64,000 nt of DNA from Calcarisporiella thermophila CBS 279.70 (GCF_041956535.1 NW_027192205.1:665936-729935), one strand, 5' to 3'. Positions 22,585 to 34,727 are shown, counted from the stretch's first letter. Made by a program: numbers and translations. Notes: generated by a model from the letters alone, not told the origin.

Positions 22585-23808
22585 TCATGAAATGGACACC
22601 GGGGTAGAATGGCAAAATGAGTGCGCCTCAGTGGAGCTTCCGGGAGGGCTGAAGTCCTCCGAGATCGGAGCCAGTCCATTTTGCAGTTTTTCCTCGGACC
22701 TGGAGGAGGCCAGACTCATGTTGAATAGAGTCGAGATGAACTCGCTAGGGCAAGAGTTGCTGCGGGTCAGCGGAACAGCCTGCATTTCTTGGTGCATGAC
22801 AGAGGGGTCGAAAGAGGCGGTCAATGGAGCGGTCAGCGGGGGGGCAGATGGAATTTCAAGCTTCTCGATGGGAGATGGGGTCGGAGGGCCGGGATATCCA
22901 GGGTAGGAGAGGTGGGTGTGCACATGGGTTGGAAAGGAAGCCCTGGACACGGACGAAGAAGCGTGGAATTCGTAATACATATCAAGGGGGGCGAGGCAGC
23001 CTGCTGTTGTGTCGATCCAACTGCAGGCCGGAGGAGGGGGTCGCGGGATGTCGCCCTCGTCGTTTCTGCCCGTCTCAATGGAAAGCGTGCGGCTGTCTAA
23101 TGGGTGTACCGACGGGTAGAGAGGAGGGGCCGAAGGAAGAGCATGCTGCGGCAAGGGCGGCTGCAATGGATAAGTCGGGGAGATGAGAGGCCGGTCCACG
23201 GGCAAGCTTGCCGAGTCTTGACTTTTGTCCGAATCCGAGGAGCTTCTCCTCGACACATCCTCTTGATACTCCTGGTCTGCCTCGTCACCCTCCGCGCTCG
23301 CTTCCTCCTCTCCAACCACCACATCGGACACCAGCCGGATATAGCCCACGTCTTCGGCCTTCAGTCCTCCTGCTCTCTCTCCCTGCAACTCGCCCGCCTT
23401 TCCGGCCGCCCCTTCCGCTCTTTTTTTCGCCTTGGCTCTCCGATTCTGGAACCAGATCTGCACGTTCCGGGGGGTCATGTTGAGCTTGCAGGCCAACTCG
23501 CGCCGGGTGGCATTGCTCGGCTTGGGGTTTTCCTTGAAGGCGCGCTCAAGGATCCGGAACTGGGATTTGCTTGTTCGTCTGCGGTGCTTGATTTCGAATG
23601 GATTGTAGAAAGTCGGCTTGAAGTCAACTTCTGGAGGGGCGGCGGGAGGTTTAGGCGAAATGCCCGCGCTGGTGGTGGCGAAGGCGGGGGCGGGTGTTAG
23701 GGTGCTTGTATTTACGTTTGACCAGTAGGTGAGCGGTGACGACTCGCTTGTCTGTGCGGCCGGCGGGCTGGATGCTGTTGCCGTTGTGTAGGGCAAAGCA
23801 AAGTTCAT
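22585..23808 (-). CDS. Homeodomain transcription factor
   Basis: FYNPFEIKHRRRTS...LERAF..NPKP...PRNVQIWFQNRRAK; intronless Pro/Ser-rich ORF. Confidence 0.93.
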   Translation of the reverse strand: MNFALPYTTATASSPPAAQTSESSPLTYWSNVNTSTLTPAPAFATTSAGISPKPPAAPPEVDFKPTFYNPFEIKHRRRTSKSQFRILERAFKENPKPSNATRRELACKLNMTPRNVQIWFQNRRAKAKKRAEGAAGKAGELQGERAGGLKAEDVGYIRLVSDVVVGEEEASAEGDEADQEYQEDVSRRSSSDSDKSQDSASLPVDRPLISPTYPLQPPLPQHALPSAPPLYPSVHPLDSRTLSIETGRNDEGDIPRPPPPACSWIDTTAGCLAPLDMYYEFHASSSVSRASFPTHVHTHLSYPGYPGPPTPSPIEKLEIPSAPPLTAPLTASFDPSVMHQEMQAVPLTRSNSCPSEFISTLFNMSLASSRSEEKLQNGLAPISEDFSPPGSSTEAHSFCHSTPVSIS

Positions 23809-26520
23809 GATTCAAGCAATAGGAAGTAGATTTACAAATAAAAAGACAATTCACATAAAATAAGACAAGCTATAAGCAAATTAAACGGATAAAGTGTAGG
23901 CTCGAGTGTGTGTCCGGCTCGAGGGATTGACGGAAATATAACCACTGAATATTGGCTTGGTAGATAGGTGGATAGATATATATATGAGTATGTATATGTA
24001 TCTATATGTAAAGCAATAGGCACGAAACTATTTTGCACTGAGTATTAAATAAGAGGGTTGACGAGGGCAAGACCAAAGAGAACAATGAGAATGATTATGA
24101 GATGCGAATGAGCAAAAGCGAGAAAAAACGGAAGACAGAAGTGAAAAGTGAAGTGGAGGAGACGGAGGAGGGTAGGAGAAGTGGAAAGAAGCAGCAGGTT
24201 GTAATAAGAAAAGATAACTTTGTCAAAAGAACCAGTATGAACAGAGAGGGAAAAAAAAAATCGAGAGAAGAGAAAGCTTAAGTCGTCTCCTTTATAAGAA
24301 AAACCTGCCAACTATCTCGTTCTTGTTTAATTTTTTTGGCAGTTTTGTAATGTATATAGTAAGCAAGAAAAGAAAAGAGGCGTCAGTTCTTACATTATTA
24401 TGATTTGCATGCAGGGAGGCGGGGTGGAGGAGGGGGTCGTCTCTTTTCTTAAAAAAGCAGGAACTCAAACAGGAACATGTAATGACTGCATAGAGGATTT
24501 CGGGAGTGTTATGTTTGTGCTTTTTTTGTTGACGTGATGCAATCCATCAACGAGAAGTTATATTATGGCCCACTCACCTTTGAATCGAGTGTCTCGGATC
24601 TAGGGTTCCAGGTAAAAATAAAGCGTCTCCGTGGTTAATTTGGTCGATCTCGACTATCCGCCAAGTCCCTCCAGTCGATCCGATGCTGAGAGCACCAGGC
24701 GCTAGGTCCCAGGCGCCATGCTGCGCTGCTTGGTTCGCGGCGATCCGCCCGCAACCGTGACGGCAGCGGCGGTGGTGGTGGTAGCAGTAGCGACATTCGC
24801 GGCGCTGCCAGTATTAGCGCTGGTAGAGGTATCCGCGAAAGAGACCCAGAACGGCATGTCTACGGAGAAGTGATGTTTCGTGGAACATTCGCGCCCGTTC
24901 TGTGATCTTCCTTGGTTGTACATCAGAATCACGGGGAAAATGCATCCTAGGCCAAAGGCCTATGATTCCACCTTTGTTTCTTATTTATTCTTCTCACACC
25001 ACTGCCACTCAGACCAAGCCAGAGCATACGCCCCGGTCCTCGTCCGTGGATTACACTTGGGCCAAGAGTGGCTAGTTTCATAGGCGGCGAGTTTGGCCTT
25101 CCGAGGGATGGAATGGATACTGCGGTTTGAGAGTTAAATTAAGAGGTCGAAAGTGGACGCGCCTTGTTCAATGGGAGAAGAAGGGGTTGCTGACGAGCCA
25201 AACCTGTCCAGCTGGGGCCGTGGGCCAAATGAATAACCGTCTCGGGCAGATATGCTTGGGAAGGCAATTGCGGAGGTTTTTCTCCCTCCTCTGAAATCGG
25301 TGGGAATCCGCATCCTCCTGGGTTTCCTTAATTGGCCATTGCTGATCGGTAAGACACTTTCTCATCGATTTAAGCTCTGGCTTAGCCATAGGAGGTTTGT
25401 TTGTGTTCGGTGGAGGTCGGAGAGGGCAGGATAGGACTTGCTGCTGGCCCGGAGCTGGACTGCGTCGAGGCTCGCGCTGATTCATTTCGGGGAATGGAAG
25501 CAGAAATCAAGGCCCTCGATGCGGCCCTTCCCCCTCCTCCTCCGAGCTTGGGCCAAACATTTCGGCTTTAATCCAGGCCGGCTACATAACGAGCATTAAA
25601 ACCGTGTCCGTTGATATGAAACGGTTCTACATGTGCTTTTTGTAGCATGGAAGAGGGCCAAATGAAACACCCGTTTTGAGCATTTGGGGAAGCAGAGAGC
25701 GTCTCTGCCCCGTAGCCACCCCAAGCATACGAGCTCATGCTGCCGGCCTGTTCGGTGCGAGAGTGCGCCCGGCCTCCTCTCTGGCTTGGCGACCGGGCCA
25801 AGGGGGCAAGCCCGGCCGTGATACGCACGTCGTCGAGTACGAGGCTCTTTTGCGTACATAGCCACATTTCCAAATCCTGCAAACTTAAGATTCGAGACAC
25901 GACGGGAAAACCATTGGCATTCGTCATCCGAAGAAACATTTGTTTGTATTTGGTATAGAGGAGCTGGACGGAGTGGGAGAGGGCGGGGAGCACTAGCAAT
26001 GGAGGGCGAGCACAAAAGCGTTGCACCGCTAGACAAAAGCAGTCATAGTTCTTCGTCTGAAGCAAAGCGTGTAGGACGAGTCTGCTGCGGACCCGAGCCT
26101 GGCTACCACAAACCATGCTTGCGCTGTCAACTTATTAACACAGAATCCGCCTGGACTGGGCAAAGAGGAATAAGCGTCTTGTTCAAACTCCATCCTGGCC
26201 ACTCAAGTGTGAAGAGATACAAAGTTCCCAAATAATTAAACATAAGAAAAAGAGAAGGCGAAAAGCAAAAAAAAAAGAAAGAGTAGAGGGAGGAAAGAGA
26301 ATATTACATCCGTTGTATGGGTAGAATAGCAAAGGAAAAAAGGAAAGACGGCATTATATGATTAGAAAAGAGAATGTTCAATAGCGGAATAAAGATAATA
26401 GTATAAAAGCATTTTCTAGAAAAAGTAAAACATATCTATGAATATAATTACAGTCTAGCAAAGGTTGAGTGTTTCTTTTTTTCCTGCGTCTTCGGGCTCG
26501 TGTTCGATGATTCGACTGGT

Positions 26521-27514
26521 CTAGTCGTCCTTGGCCGAGGTAAGCAGGCTTAGGATTTGCGCGCCCAGAGGATGGCTGGCCAGGGCCGAGGCATTAATGA
26601 GGTTGTTGATATGGCAGTGTTCGATGTGGTAACGCAGGCCATTCAAATTCTGAAACAAGAAAGAAAGCGTGTGAATCCCTCATGGAGAAGTAGGGGAGAG
26701 AAGCGGGCGGGGGAGGCAAGCAGGGGCTCATTATTACCTTATAGCGCTTGCCGCATTGGCCAAGCGTGCACCGATAGGGCTTCGACTCGCTTGCGTCATT
26801 CTCCTCTCCCGTGCAGTGGCCGTGCTGCTGATGGTATCGAAGGCCGTTGCTGTTTTTGTAGGTTTTGTCGCACCCCGGCATCCCGCACTTGTAGGGCTTG
26901 TCCTCCTCCTCGCCTCCTAGGCCGTACACGCCGGCCCCGCTCATGAAGCCGCCTTGCTTGAGCAAGTCTTCGAGGGCCTGGATGATCTGCGGCCACTCGC
27001 TCGTCACCGGCTCCTCCTCAGCGTCGAGCGACGGGAGCATTTCCAGAAGAATGCGCTTGGTGGGAGCGTGTTCACTCGCCTGCGAGTTGGCCCGCTTCCG
27101 CCCAATGCTGACCGCCTCGAACGTGGCCTCGGGCGCGCTGGGCTGCTCGGATTCGGCGAACGACGCGTGGTCGTCCTCGTAGCCAAAATCATCGTACCGC
27201 ACGCCGCCGTACTCGTCGTAGTGGCATTCCTCGTAGTGGAACAACAGATCATGCAAATCGTTGAGGGTGAGGCCGCAGCAGTGGAAATTGCGGCAGAACG
27301 AGGACTCGAGGTCGCGCGAATCACAGACATCCTCGGCATGCAGCGAGGTGGGGAAATCATTCCAGCTATAGGGGGGAGGGCAGAGGTGCCGCGTTAGCGC
27401 CATTGCAAATCATCCAGCATCCAGCTCCTCGACTTACTCGATGGGCCCGCTCAGCCCGCTGAAGAGAAGGCTGTTTCTCCTTGCGCTTGGATTATACTCG
27501 ACGGGAGCAGGCAT
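26521..27514 (-). CDS. SFP1: Sfp1-like split C2H2 zinc-finger transcription factor
   Basis: FCRNFHCCGLTLNDLHDLLFHYEECH; KPYKC...C.KTYKNSNGLRYH...GH; KPYRC...CGKRYK|NLNGLRYH after splicing; 2 introns. Confidence 0.88.
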
Positions 27515-28523
27515 GGTGGAAGGGCGGCGATGGGATGGGAGCTTGACAGAGGCTGAGGCTGAGCTCGCGCGGCTATGGGCGTTGGGGTATAGGGCGGATG
27601 GGAAGAGACTGGAAGGTAGAGGCCAGCACCCGAGGGGAAGAACAAGAGAGGGGGCAGCGCTAAGGAGCAAAGGAATATAATGGCGGAGGAGTTTGAACGC
27701 CCGGGCATTTGGAGCGGATCTAATTTTTGAGATGAAGTGGCCGTGATTGGTGACAGTGACATGCACTTGAGGAGCGGAATTTCTTCAGCACAGATGCCAC
27801 ACACCGGGCAGATCCACCAAAAAAAGCTCTGCGCATTCTGCGCTCCCCTCTGCTGCGCGCGGAAAAATCTCGCGAGCGCGGCGCAGCCATGGATGAATGC
27901 CGCGCAGCGCACTCTCGAAAACAAAGACGTGCCCTCCCCTCATGAGGGCGAGCCGCGCGTGCGTGGGAGGGATGCTTCAGGAAGAGTGCCGTCATAGTGC
28001 TTTGCAAATAACGAAAATAAACGACTGAAATCCTTGGGTTGCCATTTGAGTAAGGAAAAACTATGGAACACACGTCCTAAGCGGTGCAACCATCAGACAG
28101 CAACCCTATTCGAAAAAGAAAAAGGGAAAATGACTAAAATAAGACTTAGTAGGAAGCGCAAGAGCCGAACCGAGAACCATACACCATGGGGGACAGGGAC
28201 TAGAGGGCTTCGCACATGCCTCCAGTACCAAGCCGAGGGAAGTATCTTGACACTATAGCACTAGTCATATGGCAACTAAGCCAACAAAAACTGCCCTAAT
28301 TAGCCCTAAGAAAAAAAACTCGCAAAGCGGAATATTAGCGGCAAACTTTAGGCCGGTTAACCAGGAAAAAAAAATTGCTATACAGCATTTTAGGATGTAG
28401 TAATACACCGGACAAATACAAGCGGCAGAATATATTGGCTTACCTAAGTGAGGAATAGAGATGATCCTGGTAAACCAAAAAAAAAACATCGGGTACACAG
28501 TGAACTAAAAAGTTGAAAAGATC

Positions 28524-28596
28524 TGCTTCGACTGAGAATCGAACTCAGGACCTTCTGCTTACTAGGCAGACGCTCTGCCAGCTGAGCCATCGAAGC
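28524..28596 (-). tRNA. tRNA-Thr(AGT)
   Basis: GCTTCGA/TCGAAGC acceptor stem, TGGCTCAGCTGG A box, TCTGC-CT-AGT-AA-GCAGA anticodon arm, GTTCGATTC B box, T-runs downstream; 73 nt, no intron. Confidence 0.97.
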
Positions 28597-28693
28597 AATT
28601 TTTCTGGTCGTTTTCACGGACGGTGAGCTTCACTGATTTTATTTAAATAAATATATTTTAATATTTTGAGGATTTTTTTTTTCCCGCAATTGC

Positions 28694-28767
28694 AATAATT
28701 TTAATAATGTAACGATTATATTTTAGAGTCTTATCAAACAATAAAGACTCACTTTTGATCAAAAAAA
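28694..28767 (+). mobile_element. Severely 5'-truncated non-LTR retroelement, family B copy 2
   Basis: 28699-28767 matches 2244-2321 including the AATAAAGACTCACTTTTGATC-An end; flanked by TTTCCCGCAATTGC (28680-28693) and TTTTCCGCAATAGC (28769-28782). Confidence 0.8.
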
Positions 28768-28782
28768 TTTTTCCGCAATAGC

Positions 28783-29282
28783 AAAAAAAAAAAAATAAAA
28801 TATTGAAATTTAGTGATTTCGATTTTTGAAAAAAATGAATTACGCCCAAGCTCTCCAAAATGGAATCAACCATCGACAGCGCCCCTCCTTCGACCCGCCG
28901 ATCAAGAGGGCATACTCGGTGAAGAACGCAGTTATCTTCAACTTCACCGGAATCGCCAATCGCGAAGATGGTTTTGCCGCGGTCGCCGACAAATTCGGTG
29001 ACGCAATCATCGCTGTGGACGAAAATCTCCGGCGCGACATCGTGGAGATGGCGATCCAATTTAAAAAGGGTTTTGACTACCACGCTATTGTCGAGGAAGG
29101 TTTCGTGATTGGGGACAAGATTGTCCCCACACACCTGCTGTAAATTGTCAAAATCTAAGTTCCACCTTGCCACCTAACTATATCCCCACCCCTTTATTCC
29201 CCCTTTCTTTTTTCACTGTAATCATTAAACTCTTGTAAGCTACGGAAACTAATAAAAGTCTCCGTTGATTGATCAAAAAAAA
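28783..29282 (+). mobile_element. Short, probably internally deleted non-autonomous non-LTR element, family C
   Basis: A-rich leader, ORF1-like frame, pyrimidine-rich 3' UTR, AATAAA in a hairpin, TGATC-A8 end; flanked by TTTTCCGCAATAGC and TTTCCCGTAATAGC. Confidence 0.75.
28835..29143 (+). CDS. Truncated retrotransposon ORF1 (gag-like) N-terminal fragment, 102 aa
   Basis: Starts MNYAQAL (L1/Tx1 ORF1-type start); alternating beta/alpha pattern compatible with an RRM; lies inside a TSD-flanked element. Confidence 0.5.
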   Translation: MNYAQALQNGINHRQRPSFDPPIKRAYSVKNAVIFNFTGIANREDGFAAVADKFGDAIIAVDENLRRDIVEMAIQFKKGFDYHAIVEEGFVIGDKIVPTHLL

Positions 29283-29299
29283 TTTCCCGTAATAGCTTC

Positions 29300-29598
29300 T
29301 TCCAAGAGCTTTGGTATAAGGGAAGTTGGATACAAGTCCAAGGAGACGAAATATCCTTCAACCAATATACATAGCTCCAATACGACTATGCCGAATACCC
29401 TATCACTCATATTCCAAGTTTCCTTTTCTTATTTTCTTTTCCTTCCTTCTCTCGTATACCACCTTCCTTGGAAAATAGGATGGTATTCACCCTCTCTACC
29501 ATTTCTTACATGGATTTCTTGTTTCTGATGACTATCGAGTCCCTTTATTAAGAAACGAAAAAGGATACTTTTTAATAAAGATCCTCCTAACAAAAAAA
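29300..29598 (+). mobile_element. 5'-truncated non-LTR retrotransposon, family A copy 2
   Basis: Aligns to 1011-1339 (TTCCAAGAGCTTTGGT.TAAGGGAAGTTGGATACAAGTCCAAGGAGACGAAATATCC...); A7 tail 29592-29598; degenerate TSD CCGTAATAGCTTCTT / CTGCAATAGCTTCTT. Confidence 0.9.
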
Positions 29599-30465
29599 CT
29601 GCAATAGCTTCTTATGATGCCTTGCTCCTAATAATACTTAACTCTTCTTTAAAGCTTCATAGTAACATTAAGACACGTTAGCTATATTGTAATTAAAGTC
29701 TAAAGACGACTCAAGTGCACTTGGAATCCATTTTCTGTATCTCTTAATTGTTCTCACCTTCACTTGCTGCTTTGCTGAAGTAACTGGACAAGATGTCGGT
29801 ATGGGACGGTTATATTTAAGTTCGTGAAGGGCTGAAGCGGTGTATATAAGGTATGTAAACAGAAGTTTGCTCTTGCACTTTGCTCACGGATTAGTTTGGA
29901 CGTTGCAGCTAAAATGGGAGTAAGTGTAAGTGGTCACCCTTATAACACACTCGTCAAGCTATCCATTGAACATATATATTTATCACTTTATTTATGGGAA
30001 ATTTCTCAATAGCCTCTTCGTACACTCAAACTTTTAATAAAAAGGCTCGCTTACAGGCTAGGTGTCTGGAGAGTAAATGTTGAATTTATAGTGATAAATG
30101 ATGCTATCAATTCTTCTCACTCTAACCCAGTCTTTAAACAGAGGGCCGCATTAGGGAACGACCTCTAACGGTTTAGCTAACCATCCAATTCTGGGGTATA
30201 TTTGTTGCACCCTGTTCTTCTTTTGTTCAGTATAGGTCGACTTCTCATACGATCCAAAACTTGAAGTCATGAGCAACAAAGGCGACCACAGTTACATATG
30301 ACTTCAAGAGTGAATTACAGTTGGGTTTGAAAAATCCCGCTGTTTGGGGAAAAAATGGAGTGGATAGGAGGATAAACAGCCAGATAACCTCACTACCGAA
30401 GCAAAGATAGCCACAATAGTACATTTATTTATCATGAAGGAAGGGGTATAGCATCGATATTTATC

Positions 30466-32587
30466 TCAGCTGCTGGTTGCTGCCCTTTTTTTCCGCCAGT
30501 AGTTTGCCCAAAAGTTTTTTCCTTTCTTATTTGTCCATGGGTTTCTTTTCGCTGCGCGTTTTTCTGGACTCTTCTCGTCGCTGACACGATTGGACTTTCT
30601 CCGCCTGGATGGCTTGGTTTTCTTTACGGAAGCTCTGGATAAAGTGGAGGGAGAGGGTGGATCCGGTTCAAGGGGAAGAGCGGGGAATTCGTCCACTCCT
30701 TGGGTTGGGGGTGGAAGTGATTCGGGTGGTAAATTCGGAAATAGCTCTGTCTCTTCGTCTGGCTCCGAAGGGGCGTCATTTTTTCGCCGTCTCCGCTTTC
30801 TGGAGGGCTCAAATTGGAGGAAATATTTCGCGACAGAGGCATCTGCTTTATGATCGTTTAAGTTAAAGAAATCCTCCAGGGGTGACAAATATTCTTCTTC
30901 TCCTTCTCCTTCTTCATTGTCTTTAGAGCTCTCAATGTCTTCACACCCAAACTCCCTCTCATCCTCTGACACAAGTTCTAGGAATGTCCCGAGTTGGTAA
31001 TCGCTTATTTCAGTGGATAACGCGTTTGGCGGCTCGGCAGGCGCAGAATCATTAGGAGGGTGAGTAGATGGTTTAGGCGTGCCGTGTTCCTGAGTCTGAG
31101 TGAACTCGCGGATGCTCTCGGGAGAAGCGTTTTCCTGTGACAACGGATAGAAGTAGTCCGTGATGCTGGCTCCATGAATCCGCTGTCGCTCTACATTTGT
31201 CTCCGATTTGTCCGTCGGATCTGGGGATGGAGGGGGAAGCAGGTGGCGCGGGAGTGTAGGTACGGGTAGTAGGGTAAGAGCTCGCTGCTTTCCCTCCACC
31301 AGTAACGGTTTTCTCTTACTTTCAGCCAACCTGGGGGACTCTTCTTCAGAAATAGCATTCTGAGGCGATCTGGTCTGTTCGTTCGGTGTTACTGGAACCC
31401 AAGTGTGATATTGCCGCGGTAAGGGGGGTAGAGGCAAAAATTCGTCCGATTCATTTGCAAGAGTTTTAAGGTGATCACCCTCGCTGGGATTTTCCACACT
31501 TGGGTTAGTGGGAGACATAGTCTCCGCCTTATCTCTATCAGCTATACGTCTTTTGTTGTATATGGAATAGGTGGAGGGTTTGGTAGAGATGGATGGAAGT
31601 GAGGGCGCTACCTTCTTTTCTGGGCGTGTGCATTTAGAAGAACGCGTAGGGGATGTGGGAAGGGTATGCGAGGTTCGAATAGCCAGTGCTACTTGGAAGC
31701 ATAATGAACAGCGTTTCAACATTAAATATAGACTAGAGCCAATGTATATACGTACCTGATTTTGAACCATCTTCTTCTGTATCGCTGAAATCCGAAATGT
31801 CCTCTGTATTTGCCGTTAATTCTATCTTCATTGAGGGCCCACATGGCTGCATGGCACGAACTCGTGGTATCTTGGAGGTAGTTGCCGCGACTAAATTGTT
31901 TCTATTTGAGTGCAGCCCGTGAATTTCCTCTTCTTCATCCGATATTAAGGTCACCGCGATTCTGTGATTAGGCGGAGGGGTGAAATATTTATCCTTGAGT
32001 GTGCGTGAGAACCTATCAGTGGATTCTCCGGTGGATTGGCAAATCGGCAGGGAATGTTGGCGTAAGGGTTCTGATTCTGTATTCACGCATGTCTCACTTT
32101 CACTCAAGTGAATTGCCTGGATTGGTGGAGATTGCCCCGGGCAAGACGATGCATGGTTCTCGATCACATTGCGCGGGAAAAATTTAAAGCAAAGTGGACA
32201 CTCTACACTATCCATAGCTTCTACAATTTCTCCATTTTTTCCGTTCTTTGACTCGCTCTTCCTACCCTTCATTGGAGCCTTACGTTTGCCTGTCGAATTT
32301 TTCGATCCTGTACTTATTACACTTGGGGAAGATTCGCACGATGTGTGTTCCTTTGTTGTTAGCGCATTCTTATTATGAGTCTGTGGCTTCATTTCTCCTT
32401 TTCTAGTTCGTTTAGCGCGCGTTGCAACACTTGGAGACATGGTTTTAGGAATTTGGATTGATGTGATTGAACTCCTAGGATCTATAATCGGGACTAAATC
32501 ATCTTCCGAATCATAGCGAATGCTGCGCAAGGAGGTTGTTTGTGTCATATCCAATTGCTTGGATGAACCGGCGCGTGATCCGGTCAT
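30466..32587 (-). CDS. Largely disordered nuclear protein with a UBZ4/Rad18-type ubiquitin-binding zinc finger
   Basis: VECPLCFKFFPRNVIENHASSC; NLS-like RKRRRRK; an intron at ~31689-31756 joins the two long ORFs in frame. Confidence 0.75.
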
Positions 32588-33325
32588 TATCTGCTCATAC
32601 TACGGTACCTTGACTCGTTACAAGGGAGTACTTAATGTGTTTGGTGGCGAGTTTGGAATTTTATTTTCACTGTTCAAATTATACCTCAAATTTCTAGTTA
32701 GTGGATAAAATTTCACACTTGAAATAAATAAGTGCTCTTATTTTAACAATTCGACAACATTTGCTTCATTTATTCCACTCGCGCTCCTCTCCCTCCTTTC
32801 CTAATAGCCTCATATATGGAATTGTTTAATTATTTTATGTTAGTCGTTAGTTTAGCCTTCGTTATCAATATACATAATATGGTTGGCCCTCTTTCTCTCA
32901 CGGGTTGCTTTACTCATTTTGTGGTTGCAATAGGGGCAGCCTATTGAGACTCTAACATTCCTCAAGAGTTCCTCATATTTATTTAAATTGTGTATATTTC
33001 GCTCAGCTAACTTGCGACATATTATGATTTGGAGAGAGCGGCTTTTGGTACAGTTTATAACTATCAATTCTCACAATAAGAAGTGATCTGTTTAATGCAG
33101 ATAGTGAATACATTCATAAGTCTTTTAGTTCAGTTGTTGTCTCCTAAGCCCGGCTCATGCTATCTCTCCAATAATTGTCATTAAAATGAATATAGAGATA
33201 GCTTCGTTGGGGATGGCAAGATATAGAGTGAGAGCCGAGGTTTCCAATTCGAGTTCAGCTTTTGTGACTTTGAAATATTTCAATAACATGTCTAAATATG
33301 CAATTTATGAAAGGGTTCATTCGAG

Positions 33326-34727
33326 ATGAATTTTCGACGATGGGGATATTTGGCCCTCTCGCGGGTTACTTACTACCAATCGGTTGCATCATATACTCTT
33401 AAAATAAATAATTGTGTGAATTATGCCTCTCATGCTCGGAGCTTCTCTCAAAAGAGTAACAGGTAAAGAAATAGAATATCTCGTGTTTTCTAGGCAGAAA
33501 ATTTCAGAATAATGTTGGTTAATGTAAATAGACAGGATAAACATATAGATTACCTCTATGGGCACACAGTTGCAATTCCAGCGCTTGAACAGGGTCGGCG
33601 TGCTATTCATGAACTTCTCTTGTTTGAGGGGAAAGCTCATTTAAAGAAAGAAAAGTAAGTTGGTGTTAATTTCATAATGACATGCTTGAACATAGACCTG
33701 AATTATTGGTCTAGAAATATCATCGAGAAAATTGTCAATCTTGCCAAGGAGAAGGGGATACCCATTATTAAAACAGATAAAGGCGAGCTTAATAATCTTA
33801 CAAATAACCGCCCGCATCAAGTAGGATATTTTCCATGAAGAGTATAATATCAAGGTTTTAAGAGAGCGGGTATATTTCTTTTAGGGTGTTGTACTCAAAG
33901 CATCTCCTCTAAAGTCAACACCAATACAATTTCTTGGGAAAATAGAGAGGACAAAGTAAATATTCTCATCTCTCTTTCTGGTGTAAGGATGGCGGGCTAA
34001 ATTTGTGCATTTTTTTATTAGTTACATTACTCATGGTGTTGAGGAGCACGAGTTTACGATGCCAGAAGTAGGGCAGCCACTCTGGCTAGCGTTGGATGAG
34101 ATTCAGGACCCTCAAAACTTGGGTGCTATACTAAGGTGCGTGCATCTTTTCTAATGTTTAAATTGGGCTTTATACCTCCTCTTTTCGTCTCTTCTTTCTC
34201 ACTTTTATTTATTTTAGGACAGCACACTTTTTTGGAATAGACGGTATTGTGATATGTTCCAAAAACAGGTATGCACAACTCTATAAACTGGTTCATTATG
34301 GAGCAAGCACTTATTGCTGTGGATTTTTAGTGCACCACTGAGCCCAGTCGTTTCGAAAGCAAGTGCGGGGGCACTGGAGGTCATGTCACTCCATCATACG
34401 AAGAGCCTGCTTCAATTTCTGTCTCGCTCTGCCGAGCAAGGATGGACTATTGTTGGTGCCATGGCGCCGCCTGCCACTTTTCCAAACCAAAGTAATGCAG
34501 GATCTGATAAAAACCCGTTGCCTTTAAATCAGTTTAGTAAGAGTACCTCAAAGCCACTCATTCTTGTCATGGGCAACGAGGGAAAGGGGCTACGACCACT
34601 TGTAAGACGGCTTTGTTCGCAGCAAGTCTTTATTCCGCATTTAAACCCACGCTCTGAATCTTTAAATGTGAGCGTTGCCACGGGCATATTGATACATGGT
34701 CTATTGCAGGAGAGGTTGGGAAGCTAG
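33326..34727 (+). CDS. MRM1: Mitochondrial rRNA 2'-O-methyltransferase, SpoU/TrmH family
   Basis: Spliced YLYG, RPHQGVVL, LALDEIQDPQNLGAILR, SPVVSKASAGALE, VMGNEGKGLR, SLNVSVATGI; many introns; 5' exon approximate. Confidence 0.88.

Noticed and set aside
22592-23700. Several long plus-strand ORFs opposite the homeobox gene (similarly opposite SFP1 and NCP1)
   Set aside because: Antisense shadows of GC-rich coding sequence with no domain signal.
24702-26235. Cluster of 60-180 aa ORFs between the homeobox and SFP1-like genes
   Set aside because: Overlapping on both strands with no motifs; better explained as a GC-rich regulatory region upstream of the homeobox gene.
28680-29613. Repeated ~14-bp motif with unique intervening sequences, superficially CRISPR-like
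   Set aside because: Spacers are 75-500 bp, poly(A)-tailed and homologous to retroelements; the repeats are serial target-site duplications in a eukaryote with no cas genes.
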